A DNA stretch of 64,000 nt from Promethearchaeota archaeon (GTDB taxonomy: Archaea; Asgardarchaeota; Thorarchaeia; Thorarchaeales; Thorarchaeaceae). The translations under genes were made by a program, and so were the position numbers. Positions within the stretch are counted from its first letter, which is position 1, and every line of letters begins with the position of its first letter. The stretch covers positions 1 to 64,000 of the forward strand of contig JBHLPF010000020.1 of assembly GCA_048939765.1 (NCBI GenBank), in the 5' to 3' direction. This document shows, piece after piece, positions 39,554-48,735 of the stretch. Under the pieces are notes generated by a model. That model was not told the origin of the DNA, did no database searches, and was given only the letters and a program-made list of their open reading frames with translations.

Positions 39554-39604
39554 TGTATACATATGTAAACAAAATGTATATAAATATGTCTATCTTTGTA
39601 TACA
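39554..39604. promoter_or_regulatory. Phased TGTAWACA boxes in a divergent promoter
   Basis: Boxes at 39554, 39564, 39575, (39587), 39597. Confidence 0.7.
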
Positions 39605-39637
39605 TACGTAGTTTCGTTCGAAAAGGATGCTGACACC

Positions 39638-39799
39638 ATGACTGAAGATATGATGATACGAGTTCCGCGTGAGCTCAAAAACCGTTTCGAGAATCTCGCA
39701 AAGAAGAACTCGTGGAAAGGCTTTGCTTCCTTCGTAAGAGAGGCAATACGATTCCATCTAGATCACCATGAAGAGATTGAGAGAGGCAACGGCAGCTAG
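39638..39799 (+). CDS. Ribbon-helix-helix (CopG/Arc-like) regulator
   Basis: MMIRVPRELKNRFENLAKK...FASFVREAIR. Confidence 0.82.
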   Translation: MTEDMMIRVPRELKNRFENLAKKNSWKGFASFVREAIRFHLDHHEEIERGNGS

Positions 39800-39997
39800 T
39801 CTTCTTCCAAAGAGGCAAGAGGAGAGGCTGATTTGCACCTCTTGGTTCATTCATCCAAGTATAGGTGCATCCCTCCAATTTCCATAGAGGGCACATTGTC
39901 CACTTCCTGCCGCGGCTGTGATTCGCATTGTTTTGAATCGATGTGAAGTCGATAGTGAATTGTGGCAGCAATCAATTGAATAGCACATACTTATCGA

Positions 39998-40058
39998 TGT
40001 AAACAAGTTTATAACCAAAAGAATACATTATGTATACAAATGTATACTATTGCATACA
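39998..40058. promoter_or_regulatory. Phased TGTAWACA boxes upstream of the PARP-zinc-finger gene
   Basis: Boxes at 39998, 40031, 40041, 40051. Confidence 0.7.
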
Positions 40059-40087
40059 ATACGGTGGTCGAAGTGTTGAATAGCAAT

Positions 40088-40813
40088 ATGCATCAGACTA
40101 ATGCCAATCAAGAAGGTAAGCACCAGAGAATCGAGAGAGGCACGAATTGGGTCGAGATTGAAACCGAATGGGCCTATTGGATTGACTCCGAGTCATTCAA
40201 CCTCAAACGGTTAAAGAAACGTGCCCCTGTAGGTGCAATCATTATTGTAAAGACCAGAAAGAAACTTGATGACGAAAGAACATACGTGGATGACTCATTT
40301 GGTTTGATTGTGGAAAATGGAATTGAGGATCTTACGAAGAGAGAAGCAAGCGACATTCTTGCCAAGCAAGCATTGGAATATATGAGATGGTCGAAACATT
40401 GGCCGCCTTTCGTGGAACTCAAGGATATTCAAAAGTCAGGAGATGTGAAGGTCATCTTTAAGCCCAGTGAATACGATTCCTTCATTCTCCTTATGACCCG
40501 CAACATGATTGGTGCTGATCCAGCCGAGTTCCTCAGTAAACTCAAGAAACATGAAGCACCAAAGGAACCTTCATGGAGAGTTGAAACTGCTAAATCGGGG
40601 AGGTCAAGATGTCGTTCATGTCGAGATTACATATTTGAGGGCAGATTCCGAATTGGTGAACCGTATCTCTATGAGGGGAACCTTTCCTACAGATGGTATC
40701 ACCCAAGATGCGTTGCAACAAGGATAGATCTGAATGAGCTTGAGAGTCTAGATGGATACAGCAAGCTCAGACCTGATGAAAAACAACGGTTGAAGCATCT
40801 ATTAGCACAGTAG
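40088..40813 (+). CDS. Protein with a C-terminal PARP-type zinc finger
   Basis: VETAKSGRSRCRSC...RIG...WYHPRC...LDGYSKLRPDEKQRL. Confidence 0.85.
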   Translation: MHQTNANQEGKHQRIERGTNWVEIETEWAYWIDSESFNLKRLKKRAPVGAIIIVKTRKKLDDERTYVDDSFGLIVENGIEDLTKREASDILAKQALEYMRWSKHWPPFVELKDIQKSGDVKVIFKPSEYDSFILLMTRNMIGADPAEFLSKLKKHEAPKEPSWRVETAKSGRSRCRSCRDYIFEGRFRIGEPYLYEGNLSYRWYHPRCVATRIDLNELESLDGYSKLRPDEKQRLKHLLAQ

Positions 40814-40834
40814 GAACTTGGAGTATGAATGTCG

Positions 40835-40859
40835 ATGAATCGCCGGTTTGGCGACTCAT
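40835..40859. terminator. Hairpin between convergent genes
   Basis: ATGAATCGCC-ggttt-GGCGACTCAT (one mismatch). Confidence 0.45.
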
Positions 40860-40884
40860 TATTTCGACAATCCTGTAATGAGAG

Positions 40885-41418
40885 CTAGAGGTCCCCAGAA
40901 ACTCCACTGACGACGCGTGCAGCTCCGGCTATGATGAAAGCAATCGAAGCAAACAGGGCAAGTGTGATGAAACCAAGCCCAGGTATAATTAGAATTAGAA
41001 CAGGTATTGCCGCTCCAATAGCCCCCACAAGAAGGTGAAAGCCCCGGGTCCTCATGCTCATATCGGCCTCACTATAGAAGATTATAATCCTAGCAACACC
41101 TGAGAAGAAAAGAGCTATTGCCACAATTGAGATTAGGAGATTAATTCCAAAGGCAGGAAAGACCAATACTATGAGAGCAAGGGTTACTGACAGGAAACCT
41201 GTGGTAACATGTATTGCTCTGTTTGTTCGTTTGAGACTCGTCACGACTACACCCTTGGAAATCCTTGCTATTCCAATAAGAACAAGGCCAACTGCAAAGA
41301 TAAGAAGAATGATAGTTTCAGCGAGTGTTCCACCAAGAATCACCCATGAACCCAATATGATTAGGATCAGACCTACAATCAGATCTAATACTCGAATAGA
41401 GTTGGGACTAGAAGACAT
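40885..41418 (-). CDS. HdeD/DUF308-like membrane protein
   Basis: Repeated G-x-x-x-I...G-x-A-R TM hairpins. Confidence 0.75.
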   Translation of the reverse strand: MSSSPNSIRVLDLIVGLILIILGSWVILGGTLAETIILLIFAVGLVLIGIARISKGVVVTSLKRTNRAIHVTTGFLSVTLALIVLVFPAFGINLLISIVAIALFFSGVARIIIFYSEADMSMRTRGFHLLVGAIGAAIPVLILIIPGLGFITLALFASIAFIIAGAARVVSGVSGDL

Positions 41419-41615
41419 AGAATTCTAGCAAGAAATACATCATATCTTTCTTTTCCTTTGCACATCTTAATTCATGAATCAGAATGACAGCTCAATGGAT
41501 AGTGTTCTTCATGCCATGCTCGTAAGGAGGGCCGTTCAGAAGCAATTGATCTGTTGGGTGCAATGCTGGAATTGATTGAGTGAATTGAGTGGTTCTGCTT
41601 GGTCAACATTGCGAA

Positions 41616-41849
41616 TTAGACGCGTTGATTAAGTTCTATTGTGTCACGGTCCTGAATTTCATTCTCAGGCGTTGCTAGAGCATTATTGATGTAGCAATCT
41701 CCAACATCACTCATTTTCAATCCCAATCGATGCAATAGGTCTTGAAAATGCTCCCCGTCCACATGGTTGCACATCAGAATATTATTGGCATCAGGAATGC
41801 TGTTCTTGACAGTTTCTTTGAGATTGCCATAGAGATAAACTTCAATCAT
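41616..41849 (-). CDS. ThiS/MoaD-like beta-grasp protein without C-terminal GG
   Basis: MIEVYLYGNL...DLLHRLGL...YINN...IQDRDTIEL. Confidence 0.6.
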   Translation of the reverse strand: MIEVYLYGNLKETVKNSIPDANNILMCNHVDGEHFQDLLHRLGLKMSDVGDCYINNALATPENEIQDRDTIELNQRV

Positions 41850-42050
41850 ATTTCTAGATACGTTTCTCAGAAGATAAGGAGTTCGCAAGAGGATTTCTCA
41901 GAATGAAGAGAACGCTCAATAGGTGAAAGAAGGTTGGATCTTAATACCCTATCCCGTCGCCGCCGTACCCATTTCGATTTCCAACTTCTGTGCAAGAACT
42001 TCGCTCTGATGTCTACACTTTACGTCACACGGAAGTACATGAGAAGACTT

Positions 42051-42094
42051 TTATGAATACTGATTCATAAATTGTATCGAATCATGATTCATTA
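42051..42094. promoter_or_regulatory. TTATGAAT-N4-ATTCATAA palindrome plus a degenerate second copy upstream of cdhAB
   Basis: TTATGAATACTGATTCATAA 42051-42070; TATCGAATCATGATTCATTA 42075-42094. Confidence 0.8.
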
Positions 42095-42359
42095 ATTTGG
42101 TGAGATTTGTTGGCGCGAATTCCTGTGATAGTGTCCGTGCTTGAAGAGGGCAATTCAGGAAAGATTGTGACAGAACCGGGAAACCTGACTCAGGAATTCG
42201 ACAAGGTATATGATAAGCAGAGGGCCATCATCGATGGGATTCCAAGTATTGGCTGCCCTGTCATTGCCATAGTCAGGGGTGTCTGGGGGGACTAGCGGTG
42301 CTATATGCCAGTGTCAAGGGAATCCATGCGACTGCAAGAAGAACAGGATTTGTATAAGT

Positions 42360-44702
42360 ATGAAAAAGAAAGCACACTTCAAAGCTGACGAAGCGAAGAC
42401 CGCTTTGGGCATCTTCAAAGGCCTTGAGATCAGAATTGGCCAAATTGTGGATGACGAATGGGATGAGCCAATGGGGCCGACCCCAATGCCGAGTCCAACC
42501 GGTCTCCGTTCTTGGGATCACAAACTCTTGTCCAAATACCAACCATCCTACATGCCTTATTGCCAAGTCTGTTGTCTATGTACATTTGGCAAATGTGACC
42601 TCTCTGGTGACAAACGAGGCGCTTGTGGGATTGACCTGAAAGGGCAACAGGCAAGGATTGTGCTTGCAGCAGCCAATATAGGCAATGCAGCACATTTGGC
42701 GCATGCAAGACACCTGGTTGACCACCTAATTGATGAATTCGGTCCTCAGACCGAACTTATTCAAGGGCCTGGCACTGAGATACATGCACCTGTTTCACGG
42801 TTGGCAACTGGGATGCGACCAAGAACTCTCGAGGATGCAAGCATCATCCTTGACTACTGCGAGAGCCAGCTAGCACACACTCTCTCAGCAGTACATACTG
42901 GCCAAGAGGGAAGCTGGTTGGACTTTGAGAGCAAGGTTCTCCATGTTGGTATGATTGACCAAATAAGCATGGAGATTGCAGACCTTGTTCAGATTGCCAC
43001 TTTGGATTTTCCAAAAGCCGACCCAGAAGCACCACTTGTTGACTCAGGCATAGGTATGATGGATACCAGTAAGGCTATCGTTCTAACCATTGGTCATAAC
43101 ATTGTACCAGCAGCATCAATAACTGACTATATTACCGAAAAGAAACTGGGAGGGCAAGTCGAGGTAGGTGGGATGTGCTGCACTGCTTGGGACATCACAC
43201 GACGTGATCCAAGCGCCAAGGTTGTTGGGCCAATCTCATGGCAACTTAGATACATACGAAGCGGCAAGGCGGATGTGGTGGTAGTTGACGAACAATGTGT
43301 GCGGACTGATGTTGTCAGTGAGGCTCAGAAAGTAAAATCGCCAGTCATTTCGACCAGCGACAAGGCCGTTATGGGGCTGCCTGACAGATCTGATGACTCG
43401 ATTGACTCGATTGTGGAGGAACTCGTATCAGGGAAAATACCTGGCGCATATATCCATGACCACCATAAGGTTGGAGCAGTGGCAACCAAAGTAGCCATTG
43501 CTGTCATGCCAAAGAGAAGGAAGATGAAATTCTTCCCGACGAAGAAGCAGATCCAGAAGATGGCCCAAGATTGCAAGAAGTGCAGCGAGTGCATTCGGTC
43601 ATGTCCGAATAATCAGCCAATCATGGAAGCTGTTCTGGCGGCACAGACAGGGAATTTCGAGCCATTACGTGATGTCTATCGCAACTGCATTGGATGTGCA
43701 CGATGCGAATCTGCATGTCCCAATGGCTATGATTTGCACAGTTGGATGGTTGTTGCAGCAGAAGAAGATTGCAAGAATGAAACCTACAAGCTTCGAACAG
43801 GCAGAGGTGCAATCCAGGACACTGAGATCCGAAGTGTTGGACAACCCATCGTCTTTGGCGAGATACCTGGAGTGATTGCTCATGTTGGCTGCGCCAACTA
43901 TCCAGGCGGAGGGGAAGACGTCTATGAGATGGCTGAGGAGTTCGCAAAGAGAAGATACATCATATTGACCTCTGGATGTGCGGCGATGTCAGCAGGCTCT
44001 GTAAGAGATGAGAATGGACAATCAATCTACGAGCGACGTGGTGGTGAATTTGATGCGGGTTGCGTAGTCAATGTCGGTTCATGCGTTTCCAATCCCCATA
44101 TCGCCGGTGCAGCAATAAAGATTGCAGCGATTTTTGCCAAGAGGAACTTACGAGGCAACTACGCAGAGATTGCCGACTATATCCACAACCGTGTGGGGGC
44201 AGTAGGGATATCTTGGGGTGCCATGTCACAGAAGGCGGCCTCAATAGCGTCGGGGTTCTGGAGACTTGGTGTTCCTGTGATTGTGGGACCGCATGGCTCA
44301 AAATATCGCAGGATGCTGCTTGGTAAAGCGGAGGATGAGGAGGCTTGGACTGTCTACGATGCGCGCACTGGAGAACGCGTAGTAACTGCGCCGGGTCCTG
44401 AACACCTCTTCTATGCCGCCGAGACTGTTGCGGAAGCCAATGTGATGACAGCAAAGCTCTGTATTAGGCCCAATGACACAAGCAAAGGACGAGCCATCAA
44501 GCTGAGCCACTACATTGACATCCACGAGAACTCGTATGGCTTCTTCCCGGAGGATGTCTGGAGATACATCCGTCGTGAAGCGGATATACCAATCACATTG
44601 AAGGACAAGATTCTGGCTCAAATGAAGGAGAACAAATGGAAGGAGAGGACAATTCCAGATCCAACGCTTCTGAAGGAGCTAGTCGTGGGAGGTGGCAAAT
44701 AA
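42360..44702 (+). CDS. cdhA: CO dehydrogenase/acetyl-CoA synthase alpha subunit
   Basis: MGPTPMP, CCLCTFGKC, GHN, CCT, DEQC, two extra 4Fe-4S motifs, GCAN, SGCA, GSCVSN. Confidence 0.96.
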   Translation: MKKKAHFKADEAKTALGIFKGLEIRIGQIVDDEWDEPMGPTPMPSPTGLRSWDHKLLSKYQPSYMPYCQVCCLCTFGKCDLSGDKRGACGIDLKGQQARIVLAAANIGNAAHLAHARHLVDHLIDEFGPQTELIQGPGTEIHAPVSRLATGMRPRTLEDASIILDYCESQLAHTLSAVHTGQEGSWLDFESKVLHVGMIDQISMEIADLVQIATLDFPKADPEAPLVDSGIGMMDTSKAIVLTIGHNIVPAASITDYITEKKLGGQVEVGGMCCTAWDITRRDPSAKVVGPISWQLRYIRSGKADVVVVDEQCVRTDVVSEAQKVKSPVISTSDKAVMGLPDRSDDSIDSIVEELVSGKIPGAYIHDHHKVGAVATKVAIAVMPKRRKMKFFPTKKQIQKMAQDCKKCSECIRSCPNNQPIMEAVLAAQTGNFEPLRDVYRNCIGCARCESACPNGYDLHSWMVVAAEEDCKNETYKLRTGRGAIQDTEIRSVGQPIVFGEIPGVIAHVGCANYPGGGEDVYEMAEEFAKRRYIILTSGCAAMSAGSVRDENGQSIYERRGGEFDAGCVVNVGSCVSNPHIAGAAIKIAAIFAKRNLRGNYAEIADYIHNRVGAVGISWGAMSQKAASIASGFWRLGVPVIVGPHGSKYRRMLLGKAEDEEAWTVYDARTGERVVTAPGPEHLFYAAETVAEANVMTAKLCIRPNDTSKGRAIKLSHYIDIHENSYGFFPEDVWRYIRREADIPITLKDKILAQMKENKWKERTIPDPTLLKELVVGGGK

Positions 44703-45244
44703 TGGTGATGAGACCGGTACCCTGGCAGACAGGAGAGATCTGCGGCCCTGATAGTGCAAAGTCACTCAACAAAGCCGCCCAACTCAAAAGAGCCTTCACA
44801 AAATCAAAGAAACCCCTATTGATTGTGGGATCAGATGCGGTTAACATGACACATGGGAAGGGCAACATGATTGACTATGCAATAGCCCTTTCAGAGGCTG
44901 GTAAGATACCGATTGTCGCGACTGGAGGCGCAATCAAGGCTTTCATTGAGAGGGGTTTTGAGGGCTGCAAATCAATGGGTGCAATGGAATTGGCAAACTA
45001 CCTTCAAGATGAGTCGTGGCCAGGCCCCCATGGAAAGGGTCCTCAAGATTTGATTCTGATTTATGGCATCCCATACTATATGCAATGGACGCTGCTATCT
45101 GCCGTCATGAACTTCGGATCTCACCTGACAAAGATTTCTTTGGGGCGCTATTATCAACCACATGCAGACTGGTCATTCCCGAATATGAAAGAGAACCAAT
45201 GGCACGATATTCTAGATGAGATTCTAGAGTTCGTGCGTGACTGA
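44702..45244 (+). CDS. cdhB: CODH/ACS epsilon subunit
   Basis: PWQ, KKPLLIVG, YYQPHADWSFPN; start overlaps the cdhA stop. Confidence 0.92.
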   Translation: MVMRPVPWQTGEICGPDSAKSLNKAAQLKRAFTKSKKPLLIVGSDAVNMTHGKGNMIDYAIALSEAGKIPIVATGGAIKAFIERGFEGCKSMGAMELANYLQDESWPGPHGKGPQDLILIYGIPYYMQWTLLSAVMNFGSHLTKISLGRYYQPHADWSFPNMKENQWHDILDEILEFVRD

Positions 45245-45345
45245 AGGATAGAGAACTGTTAATTCACTTTGGATTTGATTGGAGGAAAATCTCCAAGATA
45301 GCCCCGGCCAAATATGAGATCAATTCATAATTCAAGCATAAGATG

Positions 45346-45420
45346 ATGAAAGGTGCTCAGGAATGGGGGATGGCTAATCCCCCAAAACACTGTAGTGACG
45401 CCACCTCTGCTTCCCTGCCC
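45346..45420 (-). repeat. Dispersed repeat, divergent copy B
   Basis: ATGAAAGGTGCTCAGGAATG...CCCCAAAACACT...CTTCCCTGCCC. Confidence 0.7.
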
Positions 45421-45571
45421 TGAGGCAATTCTCACCACAATACATCCCAACGGGTTATTTTGCAGACCACTTGCAGATTGAGGCAATAGAGATTCAGTCT
45501 ACCTATGAAATGGTCAAGAATGCACCAATAGTTTCATTGTAGAAAGAAAAACAGAAGGGAGCGTGTGCCCC

Positions 45572-47275
45572 CTACTTTGCCTTCACAAGTTGCTCAGGCG
45601 TTTGGATTTTTCCTGTGAGTACCAACTCTTTCAAGATGGCGCGCGCCATTTCGAGCGCAGAGGCATCGTCATAGATTCCCTTTCCCTTCTCGCGTGCTTC
45701 CGTCAGAATATCTCTTTGAACCTTGAGCTTTAGGTCACCGACGGCTAATGGTCCAATACCGAATTTGCCAGAGGCTAATTCCCTCAAGTCGTCAGATGGC
45801 TTTAGGCCTGCAATGCCAGGTGGAGGAACGGCATTTGCATCAAGTAGTATCTGGTTGGCGGACACATTCTCAAGAAGGTCTTTGGTCACGAGTTGAATGC
45901 CTGGAGCGCCAGTCACAAAGACAAGAGTTGCTTTCTCCAATGCAGCTTGTGTTTCTTCAGGTGTTGATGCCTGAATACCCTTAATCTTGAATTCATCCGT
46001 CGACAAGCGTTCTGCTACCTCTCTAGCACGGTCGGCACTTCTTGAGGTCAGGGTGGTCTTTGCACCTGCAGCTCCGCATAGCGCGGCAACGCTTTCACCT
46101 ACAGGTCCAGTGCCTGCAAGTACGAGCACTTTCGCCTTGCTAAGTGATTTCACACCCATGGCTGGAAGGGAGGCTTCTGCCTTTGCAACCAAAGCGGCTG
46201 ATGTGGTAAATGCACCATGAGGATCAACGACGACTGCTGTCGTAAATGGCTTGACCATGGCCTCTTTCACATCTTTGGCCATCTTCCGAGCAGTAGGTAC
46301 ATCACGTCCTCCTAGGAAGAAACTCGTTTGCTTTACGCCTTTCACACCCCTAGAAAAGATGGCATCCTGAACAAGCGTTGTTACGTTGTCAGCTGATACC
46401 CTTGGATAAGGTACTACGACGTCAAAACCAGCGTCATACGCAACGCAGATGTCAAACGGACTGGCGTAATCATCCGCCTCTAAGAAAAACAGGATGTTCT
46501 GCATCTTAGTCTTAGGACGTTTTACGACAGGCACCATTTTCACAGAGGAGATTCCTGTCAGTTCGGTGATGCCTTTCACCTTACCCCCAGGAGCCTCTGA
46601 AGCTACGCTCTTGAAGGATATGGGTACGACCTCTACGTTGAGGGTTTCCATAAGTTCTCTTAAGCCTTGGAAGTGTTGCGGACTACACAGATGCAGTGCC
46701 TTGACTTTCTTCTTATTGAGAGAATCGGCTTCCTTGAGAATGCCCATCGCGATCCAGCTCTCACGGATTCCAAACTCGATGTCGCGGATTTCATCCTCAA
46801 GCTGATTCTGTAGATACTGACCGTACGTAGCAAGCTGGTCGATCTGATGCACCGTTTCAGAGTCTTCATCACGTTCAGAGAGAGACTCTATGGCTTCGAA
46901 AATCTCATTTCTTCGGTCAATCTTTTGCTCGAGACTATGAGCCAAGTAGGAGCGAGCGAACTCATCCATCTCGACAGCCTTATAGGGGACTCCTAGCTTG
47001 GCGAGTGTTTCCACGAGTGGATTCATCTCTAGAAACTCCTTTGTAGAACGCATCCCCATCTCATCTGTGACAAAGTCAGGTTCCTCCTTCTCGGCCAGTG
47101 ATTTTATCATCTCACAATAGGCCATTGAGGCGCGCTGAATGAATCTTATTCCAGACTCTGATTCCTTCAACGGAGAAGAGGTCACCCACCATGGTTCATC
47201 GTAGGCTTTCTGCACCAACAGTAAGCGAAGGCTCTTCCCTTTCAGTGGAGTAAGTTCAAGTGTTTCCAACTTCAA
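45572..47275 (-). CDS. NAD(P)-dependent methylene-H4MPT/H4F dehydrogenase (MtdA/B type) with a ~250-aa N-terminal domain
   Basis: SPFD..VAYDAG, QDAIFSRG, DPHGAFTT, GTGPVG, DANAVPP. Confidence 0.85.
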   Translation of the reverse strand: MKLETLELTPLKGKSLRLLLVQKAYDEPWWVTSSPLKESESGIRFIQRASMAYCEMIKSLAEKEEPDFVTDEMGMRSTKEFLEMNPLVETLAKLGVPYKAVEMDEFARSYLAHSLEQKIDRRNEIFEAIESLSERDEDSETVHQIDQLATYGQYLQNQLEDEIRDIEFGIRESWIAMGILKEADSLNKKKVKALHLCSPQHFQGLRELMETLNVEVVPISFKSVASEAPGGKVKGITELTGISSVKMVPVVKRPKTKMQNILFFLEADDYASPFDICVAYDAGFDVVVPYPRVSADNVTTLVQDAIFSRGVKGVKQTSFFLGGRDVPTARKMAKDVKEAMVKPFTTAVVVDPHGAFTTSAALVAKAEASLPAMGVKSLSKAKVLVLAGTGPVGESVAALCGAAGAKTTLTSRSADRAREVAERLSTDEFKIKGIQASTPEETQAALEKATLVFVTGAPGIQLVTKDLLENVSANQILLDANAVPPPGIAGLKPSDDLRELASGKFGIGPLAVGDLKLKVQRDILTEAREKGKGIYDDASALEMARAILKELVLTGKIQTPEQLVKAK

Positions 47276-47351
47276 TATCTCCTTATATTTCGCTGAGAGA
47301 TTAGAAGCAGGGAACCAACTAAAAGACTATGAATACTCATTTTTCTGGAAA

Positions 47352-47375
47352 CAATGACAACAATATTTGTCATTG
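47352..47375. promoter_or_regulatory. CAATGACAA-N6-TTGTCATTG palindrome upstream of the mtd fusion
   Basis: Perfect 9-bp arms; related copy at 52119-52138. Confidence 0.7.
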
Positions 47376-47400
47376 CGACTAGTCACATATCACACAAAGA

Positions 47401-48735
47401 TCATTTCTGAGAGTGACGGGTCTTCGTCTGTGAGTGTGTAGCACATGACACACAAGGATCAAAACAGCGTATAATCATCTTGGCATAATTGATGATTCTA
47501 TCATCTGACCATCCCAATTTGCTGCAGTTTCTAGTGGCTTTGGTCAACAAATGGACCATGGCAGCAGCATTCAGTTCTGTCGGAGTACAAATGTCAATAT
47601 CGTTCACAAGCCCACCTGCACTGACTTCAAGCCGATAAAGCAGAGTTCCTCTGGAATTCTCAACGCACCCCCCACCTATGCCATCAATTGGGTCCCAGGT
47701 AGCTACTGTGCCCTCATCTGGTTTCCATATATTATCAAGAAGATGGAGTGCCCTGAGAGTACAGAACTCCATTTCATCTAGTCTAAGCAAACCAGCATTG
47801 AACATGTTCGGACCATCTCTGGCGATGCCTTCTTTCTGACCTGACAGATTCTGAATCGCAGCTAATCTTGCATGTGGACCAGTCAACAAGGGGCTGCTGG
47901 GTTCTTCCTTAAAGCTATAGATGATGCGAGTTGGTGCCTCTGATTTCCCTTGAATTTTCAAGTGAGTAGGATAGACAGAAGAGGAGAAAGCGCAAACGAG
48001 GGAATCAGATTTGATAATTGAAACTTCATCTGTGCCTGAAAATCGATGCCCCCTTGTATCGAAGCAACTTACAAACAATGGTGATTCGAGATAAAACGAC
48101 AGAATATCGTCCTGTATTTCGTTGAGGATTGATTTGTAGAAATCCTTTGCCCATTTGATTCCAGCTAATCCAAGCTGCAAAGAGCTTCGCAGCTCCTTTT
48201 GCTCTTCATCTGTTATGTTGCGAAGAAAGCCGCCTAGTGTTATTGCAGGCGCCAGGTTGGCATCGCCGGCTATTATATCGACCATCTCTTGACTACTTCG
48301 GTAGAGATTCATTCCCTGAGAGAGAAGACGCTGCTGAATCTTTCCTTTTCCCAGTGTATCCTGTCTGGAGAGTGTTTCTGTTAAGCTAAGTAGATCGGGG
48401 GATGTACAGAAGAATACACTATATGCGTGTGAACGGATAATTTCACCCAAGATGGCAAGCTCTCGAAGTGTTTCAGCTAGCGGTGGCACAGAAATACTAC
48501 TCGCCATTTCTATGGCCTTAACAGCGGCGATTCTATGTGAAACAGGACATGTTCCACAGATTCGTGCAACTAGCCTGGGCAAGTCTGCAATTCGCTGACC
48601 ACGGAGAATTTGAATGAAATCCCTGAATGTTTTCATTCGATACGTCAGATTAAGTTCGCCTCGAGCAGGGTGCCGAATCAACAGCTCACTTGGGCCGCCA
48701 ACCTTGGTGAGGGGCTTTGACAACGGTATCTTCAT
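47401..48735 (-). CDS. Divergent group 3 [NiFe]-hydrogenase large subunit (MvhA-like)
   Basis: L1 RICGTC, L2 DPCVSCATH plus a short extension; atypical TKVGG and ENSRG. Confidence 0.88.
   Translation of the reverse strand: MKIPLSKPLTKVGGPSELLIRHPARGELNLTYRMKTFRDFIQILRGQRIADLPRLVARICGTCPVSHRIAAVKAIEMASSISVPPLAETLRELAILGEIIRSHAYSVFFCTSPDLLSLTETLSRQDTLGKGKIQQRLLSQGMNLYRSSQEMVDIIAGDANLAPAITLGGFLRNITDEEQKELRSSLQLGLAGIKWAKDFYKSILNEIQDDILSFYLESPLFVSCFDTRGHRFSGTDEVSIIKSDSLVCAFSSSVYPTHLKIQGKSEAPTRIIYSFKEEPSSPLLTGPHARLAAIQNLSGQKEGIARDGPNMFNAGLLRLDEMEFCTLRALHLLDNIWKPDEGTVATWDPIDGIGGGCVENSRGTLLYRLEVSAGGLVNDIDICTPTELNAAAMVHLLTKATRNCSKLGWSDDRIINYAKMIIRCFDPCVSCATHSQTKTRHSQK

Noticed and set aside
42279-42359. 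Cys-rich N-terminal extension of CdhA (CQCQGNPCDC)
   Set aside because: CdhA-like sequence starts near ATG 42360; the extension is probably untranslated leader
45346-45420. Cobalamin or Moco riboswitch resemblance (AGGGAAG...GGTG on the minus strand)
   Set aside because: The remaining conserved boxes are missing, the site is 3' of convergent genes, and it aligns with the dispersed repeat
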